A stretch of DNA of 64,000 nt from Marsupella aquatica (Eukaryota; Plantae; Marchantiophyta), in assembly GCA_973895155.1 (NCBI GenBank), contig OZ316899.1, forward strand, positions 16,738,246 to 16,802,245. The letters are read 5' to 3'. Position numbers and translations under genes: made by a program. A model generated the notes under the pieces. The model saw only the letters and a list, made by a program, of their open reading frames with translations, searched no databases and was not told where the DNA came from. Below, one piece after another: positions 1 through 13,703 of the stretch (the stretch's first letter is position 1; each line of letters starts with the position of its first letter).

Positions 1-742
1 CCTCATGTAGCTGATAAATACCTTGGTAGGTTTTATTCAACTTGGTATCCTTCTGCTGAAATGCCTCGCAAAGATCTTTGAGCTCTCCTTTTAGTGCCCT
101 CTCCTTCCTCTAGGCATTTGCCATGGCCTGGTTGTAGATCGTTATGTGAGCCTGCTCTACGTCCTTGAGCTCCTACTTCCACTTCTGCTTGCCCCTCAGC
201 GCTTTGGCTAACTGCCCTTGGGTCTGGGCAAGTCAACTCTTGGCTAATTGGTTATCAGCCTTGGCTGTATCCAATTGCCCTTGCATGATGCTTAGCTCAT
301 GCCTCCTAACCTGCAGCTCACGTGAGCTTGCTTGGCTGCCTGTAGGTCCCCTGCCTTGGCTTCCTTCTCTCTAAGCCACCGAATGACCTCTTCCTTCTTC
401 ATACTCTCCAAGGACATTGCCTCTTCCAAATGGCTTTTATCCGACACCTCCCTTTGGATAAACGGCCCCATCTCCAACTCTTCCCCAAAGATGTTGAGGG
501 CAATAGTGCGCACATTTTCCCATACTCCTCGGCTTTGCAACGCGCATACGTGGAGTGGGTAGGAGACACTGGCATATTCCATCACGGACTTTGTTCCCAT
601 GCCTCCTTCCTAACCTCATCAAACATGGGTAAGGGCCTAGCTTGTGCTTTTGCAAGCCGCCGAATGTCATCTGGCCATCCTCCCCCTGGTAAATCCTTCT
701 CCTTGGCCAGGGTTTCTTTAGCCACGTCTCTGAGTTGCTCGT
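1..742 (-). pseudogene. 3' fragment of the decayed LTR-borne PMD-like/coiled-coil ORF of unit B2 (continues at 20204-20222, 24585-26058 and 30044-30380)
   Basis: Translations ETLAKEKDLPGGGWPDDIRRLA and ALNIFGEELEMGPFIQRE match AALAKEKDLPGGDWPEDIRRLA and ALGIFGEELEVGPFFHRE in the intact ORF 15517-18885. The fragment is frameshifted. Confidence 0.85.
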
Positions 743-1556
743 TGTTGCATGGACTAAATGTAGGGGTCACCTCAAGAAAACAAATCATTTATGGTTGCGA
801 TCTAGATAAGCGATAAACACAATTTGGGGCCCAAACTCAAACACTTTACTTTCTGAAAATCTCATGATCAATACAATGGGTGCCCTTGGGTGGGTCACTT
901 GTGAAAGTCTGATGTCTAACCCTTCGGCGGGCTACTATCTATCTTTCATCAAGCTATCGTCCTTCCAAGAGCTATCAAGTTGGAAAATCCACGAAACCCA
1001 ATTCCTCAAGTGCTCAAGCTCACAACTTCAATCCTATTCAAAATCTCTCAGTTTGCATCGCCAATAATCCAACACTTAAGCTTGTTGGTTCACAATCGGT
1101 AACCTCTCAATCCTCGATCCAAAACTCCATAAAACAATTGACTCCCCTTGACTGAGCCGAAGCCCAGGCCTCAAATACACCTCAGAAGCAACATCCCCGC
1201 CCGACGAGTCACCGCCATGCGGGTTCAAAACTCAAAATCCAGACTCTTGGTCGCCTGAAGATGAACCAACAGCCCTTCGCATTCCAATCGCAGCCAACTC
1301 CCAACTCCTTAGCTTCCGTATGCTTGAAACTCACCAAAAACAAAACACCAATCGTCACTCAAAGTTGAGCTCAAAGTCAAAACAATTTGACCCCCTTGGT
1401 ACTCGCAGCTCACTGGAAATGGAACACCAATTGACTCTCCGAGTTAGGCTCAAAGCCAAAACAATTCAACTTCTCAACATTTGCAGCTCACTGAATATGG
1501 AACACCAATCGACTTCCTCATCCCTAGTCTCGGTACCAAAATGGTTCGTCACGACA
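743..1556 (-). repeat. 3' LTR of element A
   Basis: TGTTGCAT...CACGACA termini; about 90% similar by eye to 19390-20203 and the same length; minus-strand PPT GGGGGAGAA immediately adjacent. Confidence 0.9.
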
Positions 1557-1776
1557 TTCTCCCCCAATAAACCTGAGCACCCTCCGGTCTGCTCCACTTT
1601 ACTCAAATTTGTCTAAGTTTGAAGTAGAATCAGAACTCGAATCTAGCTCATGCGCCTGGACCACTTTTCCTTCAAGAAACTCAAAACCCAAGCACTCGGA
1701 ATCTGCACCAATTGCTCCCTTTCCTTCATTTCCTTTGGAACTTAAGCCCTTCTATCATGCGATTGACATGGGTCTT

Positions 1777-2344
1777 CCTGGGGAAATTTTTAACTTTATA
1801 AATTGGGCCGCAAAATGGCAGGCAATCAGCCAAAGAGAGCATAAGCAACGCCAGGCAGACAACATCCATAACAATCACAGGGCCAAACACGTCTCATCAA
1901 TCCTCAGGGGCCGCACCCCTGGGGTCAGCCACGATGTCCAAGGAGGCCACTCCCAGACCAACAGAACATAAATACAACAGAGACCGACATATCAGAAATA
2001 TAGTAGGGACCAGAGGGTTGACAACTAATCTTTAATGACTAGAGAGGCGGCCACAGCCCCGCCTGAGCCAATCCCTACGCTGAACATCAAGCCATGCTTT
2101 GGCATTAAGGAGGCAAGAGAGTTTCTTGCCAGGAGGAGACCGGCGACTCACAGTATATAGGTGATCAGCAGTCTTAGAAAGGACAAGTCCAAGATCAAAT
2201 ACCCTGCGACCCCCTGCTTGGAACAAATGCTTGTTCCATGCCAACCAAAGAGCCCATAAGACCTGGTAGAGAACAAATAGCTTGGCAACCTATATGGAGT
2301 CTTTCCCGAATGAAGCATCAAGCAGAGACATCAGCCCATGGCCT
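1777..2344 (-). mobile_element. 5'-truncated L1-like LINE fragment
   Basis: Flanked by the exact 17-bp direct repeat CGATTGACATGGGTCTT (1760-1776 and 2345-2361). The minus strand encodes LWALWLAWNKHLF, resembling the W-x-I-W-x-x-R-N-x-x-x-F motif at the C-terminus of plant L1 ORF2. Confidence 0.7.
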
Positions 2345-4079
2345 CGATTGACATGGGTCTTAACACCAAAAACGTCACTATTGGGTGCCAAAACCATCTC
2401 CTTGAACCTGAGGATCACGAAGGGATGTTGTGAAAGCCGATAAACACCAGTTTATGCCCTTAACACCAGACTATAATAGCAAGACTCTATCACACATCAC
2501 CCAAGCTCAATCCCTAAGAATCAAGGTTGGGAATCAGATCTTGTGTTCATGATAGTTCTGGTGAGAAGAGGTGTTCATTTTGGGCCCGTACACACAAGGC
2601 CTAGCGCTATGGTGCGCATATGTCTATACGTATGCTTACTATCATAGGTATATTTCTATTCCACCACTAGAATGTACCCATAAACCAGTGACTCCCTGAC
2701 TGATTCTCGACTTAGGGACTTTTAAGCCATTGCCCCACCACTCTGCCATTCCACTCTCAGCAATTAGAGTTGTGACAGCCCTCTCCCAACCCACTTCAAT
2801 GCACCCGGTACACCTCTCAGTGGCATTGCTAGTCCCATCATACACTCAGATTGCCTCACACACACACATCCATGAGAAAAATGAGGCCTGAGAGGAGAAC
2901 TCAATTAGATTCAAAGATGTGCACAATAATTCATTGAGAACACTTGATCCGAACAATAGTCCCAAAGGCTGTCTACTCCAGATTGCGACATACTTGCCCT
3001 GCAAGCCTCGTGCTTGCCATGCAAGCTCAATCCTGAACCTGAGCCCGACTCACTCCAGATTGCGATGGCAGATTGGACTCCAACCAATCCCATACTTGCC
3101 TTGCAAACTCAATCCTAAACTCAACCTCCTTCACTGCACTTCATTCTTGGGGGCACATACAGATCTCACACCTCCATTTCAGAATGGCAAGTTACGCATG
3201 CACAGTTGACTCAACTTCAAAGCTGGTACCATGCCTAATGGCGATCTACCCTAGACTGCAATGAGGCCCGGCCTCATGCTTGCCCTGCAAGCTCAGCTCT
3301 GGCCATAAATCCCTTAGTGCTCTCTACCAGACAAAGGCCGAGACTCCCCATTGATCACGTAGCCTTGCCAGACTAAACTATAAATGCTCCTCCTGCTGCT
3401 CCTCAATCAGTATCTCAGCCTCCCTAATGTGCTCACCGCAAATCATATTGAAATCCTCCCCACATTTTACAATCACCAACACATCACCTATCACCAAGGC
3501 TCTGTATTGGGGGAAAACAACCCAGTTGTGTTGCCTACTAGAAAGAGCCACAATCCAGCTTGCAAACCTGGCCAATTGTTGCTGTGAACCGTGGCTGATC
3601 ACTCCCTGAGTAATAGCACAACCAAGCTCTCCCCAACACACAGCTTCCAAGCCCAGTCCTCCTAGCATAGAGCTCCTCCCTGCTGCTCAGTCTACGTGAG
3701 ATCACACAACTGAAGTCCCCCCCCTTGCCTCTACCGGGGGCTACTCTATATACTCTCATATTGAGCCCAAATGGGTGGATGCTACGCCGCTGGAGCCCCA
3801 TCCCAGCCCTAACAGAGCCACCACTATCTCTAACTACTGAACCCTAACTCGCAGCTTTATTTCTATCTCGAATTGGCTATGTACTTCGGATTTGGCCCTC
3901 CTCCATAGTTTTTGCGAGCTTGCGCCTCCTCTCACGATTTCTCTATTCAACCATCTGCTACGTGGATAGTAGAGTTGGAAGCGACTTGAGTTCCTCTTTC
4001 CAACGAGGTCAATTATAGCCAATTTGGTCAAATACACAGAAAGTTATGTCCTTGTAACCAAGAGGGGTACTCACTGCTA

Positions 4080-4450
4080 CGCTAACCCGAGTTACATATC
4101 TAACCCGAGTTTGGCTAACCTAGCTATCCTATCTAACCCAAGTAGAGCTAACCCGTGGTCTCGGGTTAGGCCGCTGCCCACTATCTGCTAACCTAGAATA
4201 AACTGAGCCCGAACCCGAGCTTACCTATGCTAACCCAAGCCCAAGTTTAGGCTAACCCGAGTTCAGTCTAACCCGGGATCAATCTAACCCAAACCCGAGT
4301 TAAGCCTAAGCTGAAGCTATGCTGATCTGAGCTAAGTTGAAGCCATGCTGACCTGAGCTAAGCTGAAGCCGTGCTCACATAAGATAAGCCGTGGCCGAGC
4401 TTAGGTTAACCCGAAACTAAATCCGCTAATTTCGGCCACAAGTTAACCCG
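4080..4450. repeat. Degenerate short tandem repeats built on (GC)TAACCC(GAG)
   Basis: Many dispersed CTAACCC/GAACCCGAG motifs with irregular spacing. Confidence 0.5.
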
Positions 4451-5075
4451 TCACACTAATCAGGCCGTATCTTTCTTAATACACCTCCATTTCCCAAGTG
4501 TTTTATATTAATTTTACTCGCCTTGACCAGATCTTTCCAATGCTCTTTACAGATCCGGATTTGGTGACGTATTGAATGAGATATGGTCACCGGCCACCCG
4601 CGACATAGCCTTTTATTTCCCTAACATTCTAAGACTAGACTATGAACCACTAACCTAACTAACAAAATGAAGCTACACACCCAAGATATTTAGATTTCAT
4701 CCTGAGAACAATCACCATACCCCATAGCTTCATATTCAGCTATGGAGACTCGCTTCCTTGAATTACCACGCCTACCTCCGTACCGGCCTCTTGAAGAGCC
4801 TCAATGCTCCATCTTGCTTGTAAAGAAGATGGTATGCTTGAAGAGTTGAATCCTCTCTTCCCTAGTTTCTCCTTTGTGGTCTTGACAGTGACTACCTCAA
4901 CAATGTCTGCCTTGGTTGTGCAGTCTTCAAGTTGAAATACCTTTATCCCTACTCTTAACGCCATGATTGCCCTTATTCTTGCCAACTTGCTAATTGTTAT
5001 GCAATATCAACAGCTACTCCTTGCATACAATAGTCTAGTTAATCAGATTATAGAATAAGGACCATGTCATTGGCG

Positions 5076-8000
5076 TCACACCTTCGATCCTGTCTGAACT
5101 TCCTTCTTTTTGGCCAAATCTGAGTCTAAGTCCTTTGAGTGCGCCTGGACCAGCGCCTCATCTTCATTTTCACTCAAGTCGGAACTTGAGTCCATTCCTT
5201 TATCAGTTCCTTTATCAGCATAAGGTACTTGGTGAATAGTCCCATCCAACTCTCGAATAGTATATAGGTAGCATTCGGGTGAACAGTCACCACCACATAT
5301 GGACCTTGCCACCTTCAAGCAAACTTGTTTTGACTCAAGTGTTGCTCGTCCAACTTGCTCTTGTAAATCAAACCCAATCTCATTCCTTAACCAAAACCGG
5401 CCTCAAACAATGAGTCTGATCGAACCTCGCCTTGTTCCTTAGCCTCGCCATCTTCAATTGCTTCTGAGCTGCTTCGATCTTTGCAGGTAACAATCCAAAA
5501 TGCTCGATCCTTCGAGCTAGCAACTCTTCTCTCAAAACTTTATCTTTCCATCCAATCAATCGCCAACTACAAATGTCCTCCTCAAGAGGCATCATCGGCA
5601 AATATCCAGTAAGCAACTCAGTAGGAACATACCCAGTAACAGAACTGCAGGTCATCCGATCCGCCAGTAAGGCAAGTGGAAGAAGGCTCGACCACCTGCC
5701 AAAATCCCCATCGCAGGCCTTTGCCAATGCACTAATGATCTAAATATGACCTCTTTTGGATTTCCCATTGCCTTCCGGATTGTAACTCAAAGTAAGCTTC
5801 AACTTGATTCGGTACTGGTAAAAAAACTCTTGAGCTTCCTTGGAGCTCAGGTCCCCCCTACCGGCTCTCATCCTTGTAAAACACCCATGTCTTGCAATGA
5901 TATCATCCAAAATGAATTGGCAAATAGCAGCGGTTGTATTGGTAACCAAAGCTCTCCCTTCAACGTAAGAAGACAAGTCTTCTCTTGCCAAAACCAAGTA
6001 TCTTGCCCCATTGCTTTCTCTTGGCATGTACACCACATCAACTGCCCACTGAAAATGTAGTGCCACCGGGTAAGTTGGAACCAACCCATCTCTATGTCGG
6101 ATCCTCGAATAGAACTGGCAGACTTCACAAGGCTCCACATAATCCTGAACGCTCAAGTACAAACCAGGCCACCAGTAATGCTTCCTGATTTTGTCATAAG
6201 TCGCTTGAACCCCTCTGTGTCCAGCAACTTCCGCATCATGACTTTCCTTTGGAATTTGATCTTTCTGTGTCTTTGTATCCACAACCCTTTGAAGTAACAG
6301 TCCTGGTTCCTTTGACCTTTGCCATAGGTAACCCTCTTTCAACAGGAATTTGTAAGACCTCTTTTGAATTCTTACAAACTCCTTGTAATCCCATTCTGGT
6401 TGCTTCTCAAGAGTATCGATATACCTTCCAACATCCAGCAGCTCTCCCAAATAGAGTTCCTCCTTAAACTCTAACTTCCCATCAGATTCAGAACTGGTCG
6501 CCCTACTCACTCGAGCCTCAACCTCATTTCCGAACCTGGCTCTCGAAAGCATATCAGCAACCGGGTTATCCTTTCCAGCAACTTTATGACTCAACTCAGG
6601 GTCAAACATCCGAATGAAAGCAATCCATCTAAGCATCGCTATATCCGGCGTATTGCAGTTTGCTATCATTCCCAGTAACGATTGACAATCGGTCTCAATC
6701 ACCACTGGGGATCCAATCAGGTAATTCCTCTCTTGATGGAGCGCCACTTTGGCACCCCAAAGCTCCCACTTCACTTGGGCATATCTCCTTTGTCTCTCCG
6801 TAAAGATCTTAGCCCCAAACCTAATCGCATATCTCTCGCCTTTCTCATTGTCCTGTCCAATAGCCCATCCAATCGCGAATGGGTTCACATCAATGGTAAC
6901 TATCAATGGTCTCCCGCACTCATAATCCGCAGGTCAAAGCACCAGAGGGCTCATGAGAGCACTCTTCAACCTCGACATTGCCTCACTGTGTTTAGGTAAC
7001 CATTGCCACTTAACTCATTTTCTTAGCAACTCATAGAGCGGATCTGCAAGGTGCGAGAAATGAGGAATCCAGATCTTGTAAAACACACAAGCACCCAAAA
7101 ACCTTTAAACTTCCGGCGCCGACTTGCAATCCTTCATCTTACTTATAGCCATCACCTTATCCATGTTCGGTTTCCGCCCATAAGCTCCGCACATCTGACC
7201 AACAACCTTCACCTCTCTCATTCCAAACTCAGACTTCTCCCCCAAAAGAGTAAGTCCAACCTCAATCAGTTTCCCAAGAATGGGCTTGACGTCAACAATG
7301 TGGTCCCACACAAATTGCCGGATCCCATCACTCCTCAAGGTCACATCCTTAGTCTCATCCAAGCAACCCTTAATCAGAACATCATCAATAACAGTCTCGC
7401 CTTTTCTAGAATGAACGGTTCCAGAACTTTACTCATCACATTCTGCATATGCGCCACTGAGTTAGTCGCCCCTTACGGAAGAGTGCACATCCACAAGAGG
7501 CCCAAAGGAGTCCTCATAGTCATTATGTCTTGACTTCCTACGACAATTGAAACTGATCATAGCCCGAAAACAGATCACCCATAGAGTAGATTGCCCTCCC
7601 GGAAAACTCCTTGGTAAATTCATCCACGAGTGGTCCTACTCTCACATTCCTGATCATCACTTTGTTTGGCGGCTGCATGTCTTGGATGAACCTCAAACTC
7701 CCATTCTTTTTCCAAACTGTAAACCATCTGTTCGAGTATGGAGCATCCGACCTCTCGAGAATCCCAACACTTAGCTTTTCCTTCAATAGTTCCACCAATT
7801 TTGGAGCCAAAGCCCGTAGAACGGCAATTGGCTTCAGATCCCACGGCACATGCAGGACAACAAAGATGATCATTGGTGTCACCTTATTTGGATCTGCACA
7901 ACCGTTCTCATCAATTGAGAACGAGAAAGCTTTGCCATGTTCCACAATCATGTTTTGAAACACTTCCTGTTGCACCTCAGTAAGCAGCCCATCAAAACCT

Positions 8001-9888
8001 ATTCTGAGTCTCGCTAGACTCTCCTGGGTAAACTTATGCCCTATTTGTTCTTCCGGTCTCAATCTCGGTTCTAGTCTGGCTCGTTCCATCACCTCCATTG
8101 CATTATCCGACAAAGGTATCGCTGCGGGTCTCATCTTCTTGTCGACGGTCTTGTACTATTTGTTTGAATAGACGATCTCAGAGACGAGCGAGTACTGATA
8201 CTCGCTCAACTCTATTTCCATCTTCCCACTTTCCAAGTCAGAAACCACACTCTCGAGTGGCTCGTCGCATTCGGTTTCCACCAAAACGCCTTCCAGACTC
8301 TCATCATCATCAAGCTTGTTAGACTCAACCAAACTCTAACTAGCTTCTTTCACATATCTCTTATGCCGCCCAGTCATCTCACTCCCACCAACATAGGTAA
8401 CTTCACTAGTCCAAGTGCAACCTACAAACAAATTGAAAAAACACTTGTTATCTTGTGGAGCCAAAACACAAGCACTCCACTTGTCCACAAACTTCAGCAG
8501 AGCGCAAACCCGTTTCCCTGTTCCCTTTCCTCTTTAGAGTTCCTCTCGACCTCAGTCCTTGGTTCTTGCAATTCCTTCCGGTTTCGCACATTTCCAGGGA
8601 ACACAACAGGGAACTGCACCACCTGGATCCCATCGCTGCTCCAAATCTTCACCATGTAAGTAGTATCATCGAGTACCTTGGTCTCCATTCTCAACGCAGT
8701 TATGAATGGCATGCCCAAAATGATTGGGAATGATAACAGCTCATGAACAAAAATATTACAAGGTTGGGCCACATTACCAAACTTCACAATAACATCAGGA
8801 CAGCCACCCCAAAGGAAATCCCTCATGGAACTCACAGAATTCACAGCCCAAACCAACTCCTTATCAATCATCCATTGCCCTTTCTCATAAACACTCTTAG
8901 ACATCAAGTTAATCTCGGAACCTGAGTCAAACAAGGCCCTCACTCTGCCTTTCATTCCCCTTATTTTGCACTCGCCTTCTGGACAAGCCCTTGCCCAGTG
9001 CCCATCTCAGTAAGAGAAACCTTCCTTTGTCGTTCCAAAGCCTGCAAACGACCTTACCTGAACCTTAGTTGCTTGACTTTTGACTCTGGCCACGACCCTA
9101 TTGTCGAGCGCAATTCTGACTTTGTTCTTTCCAGCTTCTTCCTTGAACTCCTCGTTTGCATCCTCAAACTCATCATCAGTGTCTGCATCAACAATGGTCG
9201 CATAAGTCCAAAATCCACCCAAGTCCAACCCTCAGGCCTCCCCCATCAAGGTATGAGGTCCCTCTTTGTATATCCGTTTTCTCTTTGACCTCTCCAAAAT
9301 GGCGTCCTGGATCTCTCGCTTCATGCTCCCAAATAGCTCAGCATTGGTAAACCCTTGAGTCTGCTGGCTCCAACACTTTTTGGCCACCATTTCTGGATAC
9401 ATGGCTTGATCCAAATCTCTTTCGAGCACCCAACCCAGATCCTTCCTAATCGGCTTTTCAGCAACCGGTTGCTTCTCTATGTCCTCTTCCTCTTCGAACC
9501 TAACCTTTCTCTCTTGTTCACAAGTTTCCCGTCTTTCTCGTTCCCCCGACTGCAATGGGGTATCATCCTCATCAGTTTTCCTCCATTTAGAGTTTGCTTC
9601 TATGTCCCAAGCCACTCCTACTTTGACCGTAATCATATTGATCAGAACCGGGTCCTCCCATCTCGACTTCTCTCGAACACAATCCGCCAATCTCTTGTAA
9701 AACTCATCCGACTCGATCACAGGGCCATCCAACTCGATATTGTAAACGTTTGCTTCCACATGTGAAGAGGATGCCTCTGCACTTCTCTTGTCGGCCCGCT
9801 TCTCGACCAATGCCTTCATCCCTCCCTTGTTTGAATTGAAGGGAATCAGCTCTTCATTGTCCGGAAATGATATCTTCGTTTGGCCAAT
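5076..9888 (-). pseudogene. pol: Ty3/Gypsy gag C-terminus and pol (protease, RT, RNase H, integrase), disrupted
   Basis: Protease ALFDSGSEINLMS (8494-8955); RT YSNRWFTV..KKNGSLRFIQD, DLFSGYDQ and VIDDV (about 7050-8134); RNase H DVNPFAIG/ETDCQSL/NPVADMLSR; integrase H2C2 HDAEVAGHRG...CEVCQ and core WAVDVVYMP...YNPEGNG. Many stops and frameshifts. Confidence 0.93.
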
Positions 9889-12800
9889 TATCGCACCCCT
9901 ACCCTGGGCCTTAAATCCGGGTTAGTGTCGTGGTGCGACCTTGACCACCAGTAGGGGTGAGGGTTTGGGCAAGGAGGTGTGTAGTGACCTTCAATAGCCC
10001 TAAGTCGGGCTAAGCCGCTATACTTACTGGTATAACACTCGCATAATTCGTACTTGTCATAGGTATATTTATTTTCCACCGCTGGAATTTTCCCTCAGTT
10101 AGTGACGCGGACTAACTCCCGACTTGGGGCTTTTCAAGCCATCGACGTGACAGGACCTTGTGACATGCAATGAGTGGCAATCCCTACCATTAGTCCGCAC
10201 CCGGTACGTCCCTTAAAATGGCGCCTTTGCCCGGACGAAGCATACACACAACACCAGTTACTCTCAGAAACATTAAGGGGAAAAGACTACATTTACTCAG
10301 CGAAGCATCAGTTTACATGGTTGACTCGACTTCAAAGGGGGTCAACAGGCCCAACGGCAGTCGATGCCCAGTCTCTACGAGGCCCTGCCTCGCACTTGCC
10401 CAGCAAGCTCGACTCTGGCTCTCACTCCTTGGTACGCTCTGACCCTACTCAGGCCGAGACTCCCCGTGCCTCGCCTTTCTTCTGCTGAGATAACTAAGCC
10501 TTCTCCCCCTTCCCATCGCGGAAGGGGGAGCCTAAATACCACCATAGCGGAAGAGAACCGGAGGATACTACCTTCCGGGGTACTACCTACTGACTAACTA
10601 ACTACTGACTACTGGTCGCGCTGCACTGACCGGTTGACCGTTGACTACGAGTGTGCCAACCGGAATGGCAGCGGCCAAGCCTACTGACAAACTCTAGTCC
10701 GTTGATGGACTCAATCCTACGTTGGCTGATCCTAACTGACCGGCCCTAAGTCTTCCTACTGCCGCTAATCGGCGCCTAATGACAGTCATTCTGTCGTTAC
10801 GCCTAACTAAAAGATGCCGCTGACTTAACCGCCTCGCGCGGCGCCTGCTTCTACCATTCGCTAACTACCCCTTACGTGTGTGCAGTGGTTGGACCCGGGC
10901 TGGTCCCCTTGTCGGGGCGAGACCTCGAGCCGCCTTGATCAGAGGTGGGCCCAGGTTTTCCCCGCTGGAGGACGAGCAGGGTGACGCGGTCCTGCAAAGC
11001 CTTGTTGTCCCGTAATGCTTCCTCCACCTCGTTTGCAGCTTCATCGGCTTTAGTCTGGAGCCGCGCCACCTCCAAGTTGAGCTGGTCGATGGCGTCGCGA
11101 TGGACCTGGTCCTGCGCTAGCAATTTATCTCGTTCGGCGGAGAGACTAGCCACCTGCTGTGCTGCCGGTCAGGCTGGTAACCCGAGCCGAAGATTTTGAG
11201 CGTAATTGAAGCATGGTGTCATCCAGCTTCTTGAGTTCGGCCTGCGCTCCACTTAACTCCTGGGTTAGTCCGTCCCTCTGTTCGACAGTGCGGACTAAAT
11301 CCTCGCGGCGGGTCGTTGCCTCTTCCTCGAGGTGCTCTACCAGCATCTGGAGACGCCCGATCTCATTCCCCTTCGCCATGAGTTCTTCTTCCAAGCGGTT
11401 GACGATCCGTGGTTGGTGCTCTAACATGAAGAAGGCTGGCTGAAAGTATGCCGAGACTTGTTGTCCGATGTATGTCGCCAACTCTCCAGACATAGTCTGG
11501 CTAAACTTCTGGACCAGGTCGTAGGCCATGGTCCCCGGGGCTACTTGGTAGTCCTCCATCCTCTCGGGTACCGGTGGTTCCTCGGCAGGGGCAATGAGCT
11601 CCTCCGTAGTCAGCGCTGGGGAGGGGAAGGTTTCTTCAGGTGGTGGAGGGATTGGGGGTGGTTGTACTGCAGGTAGCGGAGGCTCAACGGAAGGAGGCGG
11701 TGGAATTTCCACAGGGGGCGGTTGCGGAGTATTAGTCGGGGCTTCCGACTCGGGGTTTGTCCGAGGGACAGTAGTCCGCGTAGTCGGGGTTGCCTCCTCT
11801 GGGGCGGGGGTGACATTACCCGGGGCTGAGGTGGCCGTATTCTTTCCTCTGGCCTCCCGCCGTGCCTTGTACCAGGCGAGGATAATGGCGATATGACTTC
11901 CCAAGTAAGTCTTCCCTCCAATAGCCATACCACCCTGAGCCCGCTTCAGCTCCCCCGAGAATCTTTGGTAGAAGAATTGGGCCCAGTTTCGTCGTTTGTA
12001 CTGTTCCACCTGCACTATCGTGCAGAGGGAAATCTCGGATCGTGGCTCAATCATGTGTAGGGTAGTCCGTATGAAGTTAAGCCGCTCCATACAGGTTAAG
12101 TTGGTGCAGGCCCCCTGCTTGTATCCGTTGTCCGTCTTACCCTCGGGTTTGAAGTGCCGCGGCGTATACTCCTTATCCCGAATTCGGATTTCCACCGGCA
12201 TCGGCCCGGTTGGTAGGCCAAAAATTTGCGTTAACCGATGCTCTGTGAGTGATAAGGTCTGCCCCGAAACCTTGGTGGTTGACGCATCAGTGTCGAAATT
12301 GGAGATGAACTCACAAATCTCCTTCGGCCCGGCGGTGCACGGCCTCCATAGTAAGTGGGCGAACCGCTCCAACTGATGCTCCTTGAGATAGTCCGCATGT
12401 TCGAGTTTCTTGATCGCGATCCAGACTACCTCGGGGACGCGGATTACCTGTAATAAGTTGGACTTCGGGTTATCCGGGGGCCGTCGGGTCTGGTTGGTCG
12501 GGGGGTTTGCCGGGGTAGGTGCAGGCGTGGCGTCGGTCCGTGTTGATTCGGGGGCCGTCGTAGTCCTTGACCGCTTACGAGGACGTTGTTCGAGCTGCGG
12601 ACTAGCTCGCTCGGAACCCGAAGAACACTCCGCGTTGATTACCGGACGGACTTGGGACTGGTTCGGCGGTACTCCGGTGGTCATCGGTTGAGGCGCTGGG
12701 GTAGCCATATCCCAGTTGAAGGCGTTGGAGCTTTCCCCGAGGAACGTGAGATTACACGCCGCTTCCCGTTGTCTGCTGATGTCTTCTTGGCGCTTTTCGG

Positions 12801-13703
12801 CTGCGATCTGCTGGTCTAGGTACCCCGAAATCTTGTCGAACTCCGCTTGAGTAAGCCGCTGGTTGCCCTTCAGCTTAAAGAACTTAGCTGGAACCTCAAG
12901 AATCGCCTCTGCTACCGATCTAAGCCCTTCCTTGCTGAGATATAGTTCGGTGATGTAGTCTCGCAGCTCGTTATAGCTAGAATCCCTGGTGATGGCTGTT
13001 CTTTCGCAATTAACCAGTGCTACCTTGGTTACCAGCTTCGCGTACCTTCGTTCGTAAGCGGCTTTCTCGGGGCAAGAGTACCAGTAAGTCTCGGAGAACT
13101 TAGCACCTACCTCGCCAAACAAGGTCCAAAATCCCAAGGCTGTGAGGGTCATACTAACCTCGTAGTCCGGTTCGTTGCGTCCACGTTCCCACCTGGCTGG
13201 TCCTTTTTCGCGGAGGCCTCGCTCGTCCTGACTAAATCTCGCCACATTCCGCTCTTCTCCCTCGATAATTTCCTCGTAAAGGTCGACTGGATTCAATCAA
13301 AAAGGCGAGCGGATGGCAGCATCCGTGAATTCCAAAAAGGTAAACGTGAGCGAATGGCCCGCAGTGCCATCGGCTCCTCTCTTATGGGGGTGCCCGGACG
13401 AGCCCGAGCGTGAGAAGGTCAGGCCGTTTGGTCATTGATAACGAGCTGAAGTCGGCGTCTCGGTCCAAGCGTGATTCTTCTAACTGATTTTTACTCCGCT
13501 ACCGCCACCGTACCTCGGTCGTGCGTAATAATCCCTTTCCTGAACTCGTAATTATTCGGTTATCTTAACCTACTCCTAATCTAATCATAATGGCAACTTG
13601 ACGGCTATACGTGCTATTCTACGCTATGGCTACGGTCCTAATGACCGTATAAGTCCTAATCTACGACCTGGGTTCGGTCAAGTGACACGTTACCCGTGTC
13701 ACA
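9889..13703 (-). mobile_element. 3815-bp gene-carrying solo-LTR-like unit 'D' inserted in gag of A
   Basis: Minus-strand termini TGTGACAC...GTGCGATA; 5-bp TSD CCAAT (9884-9888 and 13704-13708). Removing it restores the gag frame FTGEIG|QTKISFPDNEE. Confidence 0.85.
10872..13152 (-). pseudogene. PMD-like + Pro-rich + coiled-coil protein of unit D (one frameshift near 11150-11190)
   Basis: ORFs 11146-13296 and 10872-11153. First ATG is at 13152 (MTLTALGFWTLF). Core EFISNFD...VSGQTLSLTEHRLTQIFGLPTG is homologous to the B and C ORFs. Confidence 0.75.

Noticed and set aside
864-1616. Short ORFs repeated at 19379-20227
   Set aside because: They lie within the paired LTRs of element A; the similarity reflects LTR duplication, not coding function.
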